Positions 12,430 to 23,016 of a stretch of DNA of 64,000 bases are shown in pieces. Location: contig NC_082728.1 of assembly GCF_030144855.1 (NCBI RefSeq), positions 33,046,001-33,110,000 on the forward strand, in the 5' to 3' direction. Within the stretch, counting starts at the first letter, position 1, and every line of letters starts with the position of its first letter. The position numbers and the translations under genes were made by a program. The notes beneath the pieces are model-generated. The model had not been told where the DNA came from, searched no databases, and worked only from the letters and a program-made list of their open reading frames with translations. The stretch is from Hypanus sabinus. Taxonomy: Eukaryota.

Positions 12430-13545
12430 CATGGAACACTGCTATCAAAAAGGTCCTCACAAGTCCAGAGTATAGACAGGATAGGGACACCTGGAAGATG
12501 CGTCAGATCAGATCCACAACATTCTAAAGAGGGAAGGTGAGCAGCCAGAAGTCTTGGTACCTGTTTGCACCAATAACATAGGAAGGAAAAGAGAGGAAGT
12601 CCTTGAGATGATTTAGGGAACTGGGTAGAAAGCAGAAAACTGGCCAGGTTTTCACATGATAGCAAGATAGGTGGAGGGGCAGGTAGTGGTGTGGAAGCAG
12701 GGAGTCTGCAGTAGGATTTAGACAGATTAGGAGAATGATCAAAGATGTAATCAGAATACAGTCTCAGGAAGTGCAAGGTCATGCTCTTTGGTAAAAGGAA
12801 CAAAAGCCCCAACTATTTTCTAAACGGGGAGAAAATTCAAAAATCCAAGGTGCAAAGGGACTTGGGAGACCTCACGCAGGAGTCCCTAAAGATTAATTTG
12901 CAGGTTAATTTTGTGGTGAGGAAGGCAAATGCAATGTTAGCATTCATTTCCAGAGGACTAGAATAAAAGAGCAAGGATGTAATGCTGATCATTTATAAGG
13001 CACTGGTGAGGCCTCACTTGGAAAATTGAGAGCAGTTTTGGGCTCCTTATACAAGAGTCAATGTGTTGACATTGAAGAGGGTTCCGAGGAGGTTTATGAG
13101 AATGTTTCCAGGAATGATCAGGTTATCCTATGAGGAGTGTTTGTTGGCTCTGTGCTGTACTCACTGGAATTTAGAAGGATCAGGGGTGATCTCATTGAAA
13201 CCTATCGAATGTTGACAAGCCTAGATAGAGTGGCTGTGGAGTATATGCTTCCTATAGTGGTGAGTCTATGACCAGAGACCCAGTCTCAGAATAGTGGGAT
13301 GTCCATTTAGAATGGTTGTTGAATCTGGGCAATTTGTTGCCACAAGTGGCTGTGGAGGCCAGATCATTGTATGTATCTAAGGCAGAAGTTGATAAGCTCT
13401 CCATTAGTCGGGGCGTGAAAGATTGTGGGGGGAAGGTAGGAAAAGGAAATGGATCAGCCATGGTGAAATGGTGGAGCAGACTTGATGGACAGAATGGCTT
13501 AATTGTGCTCCTATGTCTTTTTGTCTCATGGTCTTATGGAATATT
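12430..13545 (+). mobile_element. CR1 LINE fragments
   Basis: ORF1 esterase piece (VRSDPQHS...LVPVCTNNIGRK) plus ORF2 3-prime part (VQRDLG, VVRKANAMLAFISRGLE) and 3-prime UTR. Confidence 0.75.
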
Positions 13546-14679
13546 CAAGATAGTGGATACTTAACAACCAATTTAAGATTAATAGCTAGGCAAGATTTTA
13601 GGTCAGCTCACTGCAGTAGTTTCTATTTTACCATTAAACTGAGGAGTGTTTCCTGGAACACAAGTGGAGCAGAAATAATGCAAACATTTTAAATATGATT
13701 ACAAAATAAGAACAAAAATCCTATTAAAATTATTCCACATTATAAGGAATACAAAATATTTATATGCAGTAAATCATGCAGATGTACACTCTGGCCATTT
13801 CACTAGAAACTGTACACCTGTTGTACACCAGACTGTAGAATGACTATTGGTGTCAGATGGGGTGGTTTGAATATCTCTGAAACAGTTGAAGGTGAAAAAC
13901 CCTTATTAATGAGAGAGGTTAGAGGAGAAAGTCCCTAAGGTGCCTAAATTCCAGACTGGTTCAACCTGACAGGAAGGCAGCTGGAACTCAAATAACCTTG
14001 TGTTACAACAGTAGGGTGCAGAAGAGCATCTCTGAATGTACAACACATCAAAACTTAAAGTGGATGGGGTATAGCTGATGAAGACCATAAACACTCATTG
14101 AATGTACATTATTTGGTAATTTGGGACAATGCAAAACTGAGAGGAGTTATAATTGTTGGGTTCACTATTTCTGCCCACTATAAATATGATTTTTGAAGTA
14201 TGATTCAAAAATCCATTACATTGAATCACACAAGGGAGCTTCATGATCTTTGACATTCTTGATCATATATTTAGTTCAAACTGATCATCAAGTTCCATTA
14301 AGCAACTGCATGCTTCCCACGTTCTTCCTCTTTCCAGCTTCAGATCTTGTCTTGCTATCCACAGTTTCTACACACCTCTAGTCACAGCCATTAGGGTCTT
14401 CTATTTCCTCTCCTCACCACATTATTTGATCATTATCAAATTGACGTGCAGATGTGCTTGCTTCACTCAAGATAACTGCCATATATTCCAAGCTGCAACG
14501 TTGACTAAATGTCAGTAGTGAACAGCAGTGAATAAATACATGTGTTTCCTTTCATTGAATCACCCATTGAAATTGCTACAGCATACATGGAGGCCTTGTA
14601 TTTTATAAACAGCCAATTCACAATAGAGGCTCAGAAGTTGCAGAGCTTGAATTTAATGATAAGTAAGATTCAAACTTAC

Positions 14680-14931
14680 CTTTAGATATGCAATCATTTC
14701 CAACGCAAGCAGAACAAGTATAGTTTATAGAGCACCAGTCTCCAACTACTGGAATGCAGCTGGTGGTGGTGTACAATTCACCTAGTCGTGCATTGTCAAC
14801 ACTATTACACAAGATGGTTTCATTTTCAGTCTTCCAATAAAGTTGTGCCAGTGGATATCCAACTGTTGTGCACACAAGAAATGTTTTGCCGTTTTCTTCT
14901 TTTTTGCTGATGGGTGGCCCAGTACATGGAG
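14680..14931 (-). CDS. IgC exon, distal copy, paralogue 2 (B7/PD-L-like C domain)
   Basis: Acceptor gcatgtttttcag ends at 14932 and donor gtaagt starts at 14679. The exon is 252 nt, phase 1-1 and open: (A)PCTGPPISKKEENGKTFLVCTTVGYPLAQLYWKTENETILCNSVDNARLGELYTTTSCIPVVGDWCSINYTCSACVGNDCISK. The C-x3-GYP-x-A-x3-W and LY-x-TS motifs resemble PD-L1/PD-L2 C domains. Confidence 0.85.
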
Positions 14932-15268
14932 CTGAAAAACATGCTTTATACCTTTAGCCATGTGACCATAGCATTGGATGCACAATGTCTAGCAGGTTAG
15001 CACTAATATCCATATTAACATTATGAATGTATTTTCCAGCTTTCTTTATAGAACAGCTTACATTCATATAACTCACTGCATAACTCAAATCTGAAACTAT
15101 TTGACTATTCAATCTATTAGGGTATTGACAGATGAAAGCTGGAACTTAGTGAGATATGAGGCAGCAGTTCTCCGTTACTTAGTCCCAGTGGTCTATAAAT
15201 AAATCCAGGAAAATAGTTGCAGATCTTCAACTAATAGAGCCTCAAAGTCAAAGATCCAACGTACATAC

Positions 15269-16129
15269 TGTTACGTATCCCGTAACTGGATTACTTACCA
15301 GCAAAGATAGAGAGGTCCGTTGATGTCTGATGTCACTATTTTCAAACGTTTTTATTTGTAAAGGGGCACAAAAGTAAGGTTAATACAAACATTCAGATAA
15401 TGCACGTCATCAATACTCAATCTAAAGCGTGGATATAGTAATAATCATCATTAAGAAATGAGCTCTACTGTTGTCTAGGGGATAATACATTGTCCGTTGG
15501 AAATATAAAAGTCACTCAGAAGTCTGCAGGCTTCAGCCTTTTGGGAATCGCTGGGTTTCACGTGGGGCGACCGAGAGAGAGAGAGAGATTGGGGAGAAGA
15601 GGAAAGACTTGCCGGGTCTTTATGAAGCTTCCATTGAATCGGGGGAGCGTTGGTTCCCCCTCCCCGATGTTAGTTAAAAGCGGTTTTCCATGATTGCAGC
15701 CACAAATTCCAATCCCGGAATCTAACGCACGTGGCTTCCTTCAAAATGGCTTCCCGCTATGGCGGGATCACTCTCGTGTCTTCTTGGTGCGTCTGAAGGG
15801 GCTGTCCCCCTTAGACCCTCCTTTATACTTCCTCACGGGGTCGCAGATTGGGGTCAATCATATTGGGATGATGCAATCTCTCTCTCAACCAGCCCACTTT
15901 GCCCGAGGGCTTTACATGTGGTCTCCATGAGACAATAGTCACTGTCGCCTTATTTGGCATCCCGGTGGAGCGTGCTATTCGGCACATTTCTCTCTCTCCC
16001 ATTTCCTGTGTCTATTCAGCATGTCTCTCTCTCTCCCACTTCCTGGCACTTCCTGGGTCTACTGACCCCCCCCCCCCCCCAATGGGTGCTCTTGCGATTC
16101 TCACAAAGGAGGGGGCTGGGATCATAACA
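15269..16129 (-). mobile_element. Solo LTR, 861 bp
   Basis: TGTTACG...CATAACA termini with a perfect 4-bp TSD ATAC (15265-15268 and 16130-16133). It is absent from the duplicate copy. TATAAA at 15822-15827 and AATAAA at 15351-15356 are on the minus strand. Confidence 0.9.
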
Positions 16130-17132
16130 ATACATTCAGTAATATGATTTCTTGCCAAATATATTCTGTAAGCATTACTGCCAATGGCAGATACTGTATA
16201 CAAATACACTATTAAACGTATGGAAATCTTCCTTTTCTGTCCCAATAACGTTAGGAGATTAGTAATGCACTGGGGCAGAAATTACAAGCGTTGTAGCTTG
16301 CACTTCTATGGCTATAATTTTAAATGACTAAATGAATATATTCCTATATCTTGCCTACCTACTCTGTATACTATTCAAAGAGGAGAAAGACCCGAAGTTC
16401 CCAAAATTCCAGACTGGTTCAACTTGACAGGAAGGTTGGAGGAACTCAAATAATCTTGCGTTATAACAGCAGGGTGCAGCAGAGCATTTCTGAATGTACA
16501 ACACATCAAACCTTAAAGTGGATGAGCTATGGTAGGTGAAGACCACAAACATACGCACATTGTATGTGCATAATTTGGTAATTTGGGACAATGCAGAACT
16601 GAGAGGAGTTACAATTGTTGGGTTCACTATTTCTGCCCACTGTAAATATGATTTTTGAAGTATGGTTCAAAAACAGATTACAATGAATCACACAAGGGAG
16701 CTTCATGATCTTTGACATTCTTGATCATTTATTTAATTCAAACTGATCATCAAGTTCCATCAAGCACCTGCATGCTTCCCAACTTTCTTCCTCTTTCCAG
16801 CTTCAGATCTTGTCTTGATATCTACAGTTTCTACACACCTCTAGTCACAGCCATTAGGATCTTCTATTTCCTCTCCTCACCACATTATTTGATCATTATC
16901 ATATGGACGTGCAGATGTGCTTGCTTTACTCAAGACAACTGCCACATACTCCAAGTTGCAATGTTGATTAAATGTCAGTAGTGAATAAATACATGTGTTT
17001 CTTTTCATCGAATCACTGATTGAAATTGCTACAGCATACATGGAAGCATTGTATTTTATAAACAGCCAATTCACAATAGAGGCTCAGAAGTTGCAGAGCT
17101 TACATTTAATGATAAATAAGATTCAAACTTAC

Positions 17133-17384
17133 CTTTAGATATGCAATCATTTCCAACGCAAGCAGAACAAGTATAGTTTATAGAGCACCAGTCACCAACT
17201 ACTGGAATGCAGCTGGTGGTGTTGTACAATTCACCTAGTCGTGCATTATCAACACTATTACACAAGATGGTTTCATTTTCAGTCTTCCAATAAAGTTGTG
17301 CCAGTGGATATCCAACTGTTGTGCACACAAGAAATGTTTTGCCGTTTTCTTCTTTTTTGCTGATGGGTGGCCCAGTACATGGAG
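17133..17384 (-). CDS. IgC exon, proximal copy, paralogue 2
   Basis: Same splice sites and phase as 14680-14931, 252 nt. I count 3 nucleotide differences, one of them non-synonymous (LYTTTS vs LYNTTS). Confidence 0.87.
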
Positions 17385-18387
17385 CTGAAAAACATGCTTT
17401 ACACCTTTAGCCATGTGACCATAGCATTGGATGCACAATGTCTAGCAGGTTAGCACTAATATCCATATTAACATTATGAATGTAATTTCCAGCTTTCTTT
17501 ATAGAACAGCTTACATTCATATAACTCACTGCATAACTCAAATCTGAAACTATTTGACTATTCAATCTATTAGGGTATTGACAGATGAAAGCTGGAACTT
17601 AGTGAGATATGAGGCAGCAGTTCTCCGTTACTTAGTCCCAGTGGTCTATAAATAAATCCAGGAAAATAGTTGCAGATCTTCAACTAATAGAGCCTCAAAG
17701 TCAAAGATCCAAAGTACATACGTGCAGTAATATGATTTTGTGCTAAATATATTTCGCAAGCATTACTGCCAATTGTGCATACTGTATACAAATACATCAT
17801 TAAAGGTAATAAATCTTCCTTTTATATCCCAATAACCTTAGGAGATTAGTAATGCACTGGGGCAGAAATTACAAGTGTTGTAGCTTGCACCTTTATTGCT
17901 ATTATTTTAAATGACTAAATGAATATATTACTATCTCTTACCTTCTTCAAATATCAGAAAACCTATCTACTTTGTATACTATTCACACAGGATTTTTTTT
18001 TGTAGACCACAATGGTCTACAATTTATGAATCTCTGATGTCTACATTCATTAGAAACTTCTATATTCTCAAATATAAATTACGCATTTAATCCACAAACT
18101 GAAAATCGTTTATTTTATTCATGCATATTTATTCAGTGTTTGATGAAACAGAGCCTCCTCAAGTTGGTAGAATTCAAAGCAATTTGTTGCAGTGATAAGA
18201 CTTCCAATGATGACATAAATTCAGCCATTCTTCCCTGTCAAAATATAACTATCAATATTGCATATGTCAGACTAACTCTCAAATCAAGATATTTTGAGAT
18301 ACAGTATTAACTGCAATTTTTTACCAAATAGATGTAACCAATATTCATAAAGAAAATTAAAAGCAGAGAAAATACGATATTACCCAC

Positions 18388-18711
18388 CTCTAACTACCAA
18401 ATGGATGGATTCAGTAGCATGTCCATGATCTGTTTCCACAATGAATTGATATGTTCCATTATCGGATGCTTCTATTTTCTGGATTATCAGTGACACATTT
18501 TGTGAATCTTGATGTAATTTAATTCGACCCTGAACTCCACTGTCATTTTCATTTGAGTTAAATTTATATACGATTTTATCACTCGATCCATTTGCATGTA
18601 GTTTTGCTAGAGTGAGTGTTTTCATCCCTGCTGCTTCCATATTGCATGGTAGTTCGGCATCCTCGTTAAATATTCCTATTACTGACTTCACACAATCCAG
18701 CTTCACAAACG
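18388..18711 (-). CDS. IgV-set exon, paralogue 2
   Basis: Acceptor aattttctag ends at 18712 and donor gtgggt starts at 18387. The exon is 324 nt, phase 1-1: (S)FVKLDCVKSVIGIFNEDAELPCNM...NVSLIIQKIEASDNGTYQFIVET...HLVVR, about 40% aa identical to the paralogue 1 IgV by hand alignment. Confidence 0.88.
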
Positions 18712-18798
18712 CTAGAAAATTAATTTCCAATAACTTCGGTCACAATTTTAACAATCAATGTTGAATGAGCTATTTATTGAAAGGCTTTCAGTACTTAC

Positions 18799-18859
18799 AT
18801 TCTACATAGTGCATGTTCAGGTACACAATCAAATAAAAAAAGTTCAAACATAATCCCAT
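18799..18859 (-). CDS. Signal-peptide exon (coding part), paralogue 2
   Basis: ATG at 18859 gives MGLCLNFFYLIVYLNMHYVE, then donor gtaagt at 18798. The 87-nt intron is homologous to the paralogue 1 intron (shared tgttgaatgagcta). Exon acceptor tctgcag ends at 18878. Confidence 0.8.
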
Positions 18860-19229
18860 TTCTGTCACTTCATTCACCTGCAGATAATACAGATAAACAA
18901 TTAAAATCACAGGAATCTTATAAAATCCATTCCACTTCTGTATCATAATGTCAGTATTGTCTTAAATTTACTTGTTCTTTGGTCATGAAAATGAAAGTGA
19001 ATAGAATTTCATGTTTCAAAAATATATTAAATAGATCATGTACAATAATTTAACAGTAAAATTACCACCTCTACGTAATCATAATGCCTCTTTTACATGA
19101 CTTTCCTTCTGCAGGTGTCTCTATGAGATGATCCCTTTGTGGCTTGGGAAGAATGCTTATTTTCAGAAGTGGACAGAGAACATATAATTGCAAATTTCAC
19201 CATCTCAGCCAGAGTAGCAACATTCATGG

Positions 19230-21450
19230 CTGGCTGAACTACAGGCAGCAGTGAGGTGGAGAAAAGTAGATGCGGCTAAGAACCATGGCTAAATTCCTGG
19301 AGTGTGAATACAGATGCCTCTACATAATAATTTAAAACTGATGATATGCTGATTTTTCTTCTGAAAAGCAGTGGAATACTAGGTTTGATCAGAAAAAAAG
19401 ATGGCAGGTATAGAAATCTACAATCAAAAGAAACATTTGAGGAAAATGGAAGATTTATGAGAGTATGTAAAAAGAACTTAAGAGGACAAAAATGAGGCTT
19501 TGAAATATTCTTAGCATATAAAATTAAACAGAATCTTAATGTCCTTCTATAAGTCAGGGTCCAAATGGTAATTAATGCATGCAACCAAGAGGGCAATATT
19601 ATAAATAAATACTTATAATCTTTGTTCACCAAGGACAAGGATGTGGAGCCTAGCAAGTTTGAGGAGAGATAAGTTGCTTGGGAGCATATAGGTATTAAAA
19701 ATGTGGGGGTGTTGAATTCCTTGAAACATGTAAGGGTGGATAAATCTCCGGGACCATATGAGATCTATCTTGGAATGCTTTCAGAAATAAAGGACAAGAT
19801 TGCTGGGGCACAGATGGAGATTTCTGCATCTCTATTAGCCATAGGCTCGATGTCAGAAGATTTATGTATAGCTAGCACTGTTCCTATGTTTAAGAAGTGC
19901 AGAGACAAGTCAGATAGCTACAAGCCAGTGGTAAGAAAATCACTGGAGAAAATATTGGCACAGCATTTATATACAGTTGGAGAAGCAGGGACTGGTTAGA
20001 AATATTCACCATGGCATCATGAGGGGGTAAACACTGTCCTAGTAATTTGATTGGGATTTTAGGAGGTAGCAAAGGAGGTCAATGAAGGTAGGGTGAGAGA
20101 TAATGTCTGTATCTACCTTAGCTGGATGCTTGACAAGATCCTGCTTAAGTAAACTGGTGTCGAGGTTAAGCTATTTCAGATTCAAGCCGAGCTGGCTAAT
20201 TGGATCCAAAATTGGTGAAATGGAACAACACAGAGTGGAGTGATGGGAGCATGTTTTTCTGACTGGATGTTTGTGGCCATAAAGATATCATGGGTATCTG
20301 TGTTGGAAGCTTTGCTTGTAGTCCATATCATTGACTTGTTTGTGAACATACGAGGTATGATTTGTAAGGTTGCAAATGACATTAAAATTGACAATGTTGT
20401 GTGTAGCAAGGAGGTCACCTAAGCCTACAGAAGGATATAGTTCAGGTGGAATGTTGGGGCAGAGCTTTGGAAAATGGAATTTAATCCCTCACAGTGCAAG
20501 TTGATACACTTTGGGACATGACATGTTGGTAGGATATATGCAGTAAATAATAGGACACTGAGTGAACAAAGAGAATTGGGGATACAAGAGGAGATAGATA
20601 ACAGGCATACATGAGATAGACAGACTCTTTTTTTCCCCAGGATAGCAATGTCAAGTACTGGAGAAAGTGCATTTAATATGAGAAAGGGAAGGTTTAAAGG
20701 AGATGTGCTAGCCATTTTTTAAAACAAAGATTATCTGAAGTGTCTGGACTGAGCTGCCTGGGTTCATAGCAGAAGCAGATATGGTAATTGTGTTTAAGAG
20801 TTCGTTAGATAGGCACATGGATATGTGGACAATGAAGAGATATGGGTTGTATACAGGCATGCTGGGAGGTTTGATTCATTTCCGCATCAGCAGATATCAT
20901 GTGCTGAAAGTCCTGCTCCCATGCTGTACTGTTCTATGCTTTGTGTAAGAGTGAATTCTTGATGTTGCAACTGGACAAAAGACTGGTTAAGCCACACTTG
21001 GAATATTGTGTGCAGTTATTTTCACCACAGTGCAGGAAAAATGTGACTACATTGGGAAGAGTGCAAAAGAGATTTATCAAAACGTTGTCTGGGTTGGAGG
21101 ACTTCAGTTTGGGGACAGACTCAATAGATTGGTCTTTTATCCCCAGAGGAAAGGAAGCTAAAGGATAAAGTCTTTTTTTGCATGAGAGCATAGAATTAAG
21201 ATAAGGAGAAAGATTTTAAAAGAAGAATCTGTGAGTTTCTCTTACATTCAGAGTGGTTGATATCTGGAAAGTGTCACTAGAAAATATGGTGCAATCAGAT
21301 ACAATTACTACGCTTAGCAGACATGTAAACAGACAAGGCAAAGAAGGATACAGTCATGATGCAGACAAATGGGATAAGTTTTTTGAATAAGTAGATGAAC
21401 ATCGACATGTTGGCTGAAAGGCAAGTTTCTGTACTGTACAATTCTATGAC
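19230..21450 (+). mobile_element. Old, highly degenerate CR1 remnants (two or more pieces)
   Basis: VRVDKSPGP, KVANDIKIDNVV and LVKPHLEYCVQ motifs with many stops. Confidence 0.7.
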
Positions 21451-22554
21451 TCCATGTCAACAGAACTGAAATTATCTTACAGTTATACAAATTTGTGCTC
21501 AGAATGAACAAATGATTGCATTCATTGCAGAATGCCACAATTTGGTAATCAAATATTGTCTTTGAAGTTGGGGTGGTGGGGTAGTGGGGTAAGTGGCTAT
21601 ATAACATGTGACACCAGTCTGTATCACCTTATTAAAATTCCTCTGAGTATTGATAATTAAGTGGAGATTTAATAGCAGTATTTAAAATGAGGAAAGCCTT
21701 TGACAGCATAGTCTGAAATGAATTTATTTGGTGGGAATTTTTGAAACACGAACTTTAATGTAAAACATGGGCCAGAGAGCATTCCTCATTCAAGCATGGA
21801 GATAATGTAGAATTCTCCATCCAGAGGATTTCTGAAGCTAGTTCAGATGGCCATTTCAAAATTCCAAGAAGCAGAGAATACAACAGCTAGAACTGCATAA
21901 AAGATCTGAAGGAGTGAGTGCAGTTCCAGAGACAGGAAGCGAGAAGGGTAAAATTAGTAAAAGGATTGTCAATAGCCCTGCAATAAACAAAGTGCCTTGA
22001 ATAGGAAATTGATAGCACAATATCTCGAGCATACTTATTTTTATTAATGAATTTCCTGACCCAGGTACCAGAGTGGTTGTTTCTCAGTTGAGAGATGCTA
22101 TCACACTATTTGCTCTCAAATCTCCAATGCTGACCTTCATTGCAGATCCAAATTGACTGCAGTCTGTCATGGGGAAATCATTTGGATGGGTGCTACCTTT
22201 ACTAGTCCCGAACAACTGACTCCTCACACTAATGGTGGTGATACCCAGTTTCCCATCCAGAGAAATCTTCACCTGCAATTATCATCCTCATCAAACTCCA
22301 TAGGGGATCTACAGTATATTTTCTATGACATTACCCATATTGCTTCTGTACTCTCAAACTGATCATTCCACCAAAACTCTCCAACAAAACCTACCTCCAG
22401 ATATCAACCCTGGTACCAATTCCTCTATCTGGGGTAGGGAGACCAGAATTATACATAATATTTCAGTGCACTTCCTCAGGGCCCTTGGTATTTCCAGTGA
22501 GATAGATGTATCCCTGAATTACAAAGAAACCACAGCTGTGCCTCTACTTCCTGA

Positions 22555-23015
22555 GGAGTTTTGTGGGAAGATTCAGCATGACATCTAAAACTTTGTCATC
22601 GATAGACGTGTGGTCGATGATATGTGGACTGGCTGCAGCACAGCCTATATGGAACATCAATGCCTTTGAATGGAAAATCCTATGAAGAATAATGGATGTA
22701 GCCCAGTATATCATGGGTAAAGCCCTCCCAACCACTCAGCACATCTACATGGAGCGTTGTTGCAGGAAAGTAGCATCCATTATCAGGGATCGCCACCACC
22801 CAGGTCATGCACCCTTCTCACTGCTGCCATAGGGAAGGAGTCACAGCAGCAAGTTGAGGAACAGTAATTACCATTGTTGTATCAAGCTCATGACCCAAAG
22901 AGGATAACTTAAATCAACTTCACTTGGTCCATCACTGAAATCTTCCAACAACCTATGGGTTCACCTTCAAGGACTCTCCATCTCAAGTTCTTGATATTTA
23001 TATATCATTAATTAT
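22555..23015 (+). mobile_element. Rex1/Babar-like LINE 3-prime fragment
   Basis: Degenerate RT C-terminus (AQYIMGKALP...IYMERCCRKVASII) and 3-prime UTR. Family recognised from memory. Confidence 0.55.
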
Positions 23016-23016
23016 T

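Larger units (their letters stand above)
13920..17985. repeat. Intragenic tandem duplication, unit about 1.6 kb (copy 1 about 13920-16377 including a solo LTR; copy 2 about 16378-17985)
   Basis: The two segments are colinear by direct comparison, with a junction near ctattca|aagaggagaaag at about 16377. Each copy holds a Tc1 fragment and one IgC exon. Confidence 0.93.

Noticed and set aside
14782-14985. ORF MCIQCYGHMAKG... (and its twin at 17235-17438) as a separate Cys/His protein
   Set aside because: It is a shadow frame overlapping the IgC exon and intron; the Ig frame has the proper splice sites and motifs.
15077-15090. 14-nt micro-exon candidate (tttcag|atttgagttatgca|gtgagt), also at about 17530-17543
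   Set aside because: It would convert phase 1 to phase 0 and break the frame into the phase-1 IgC exon.
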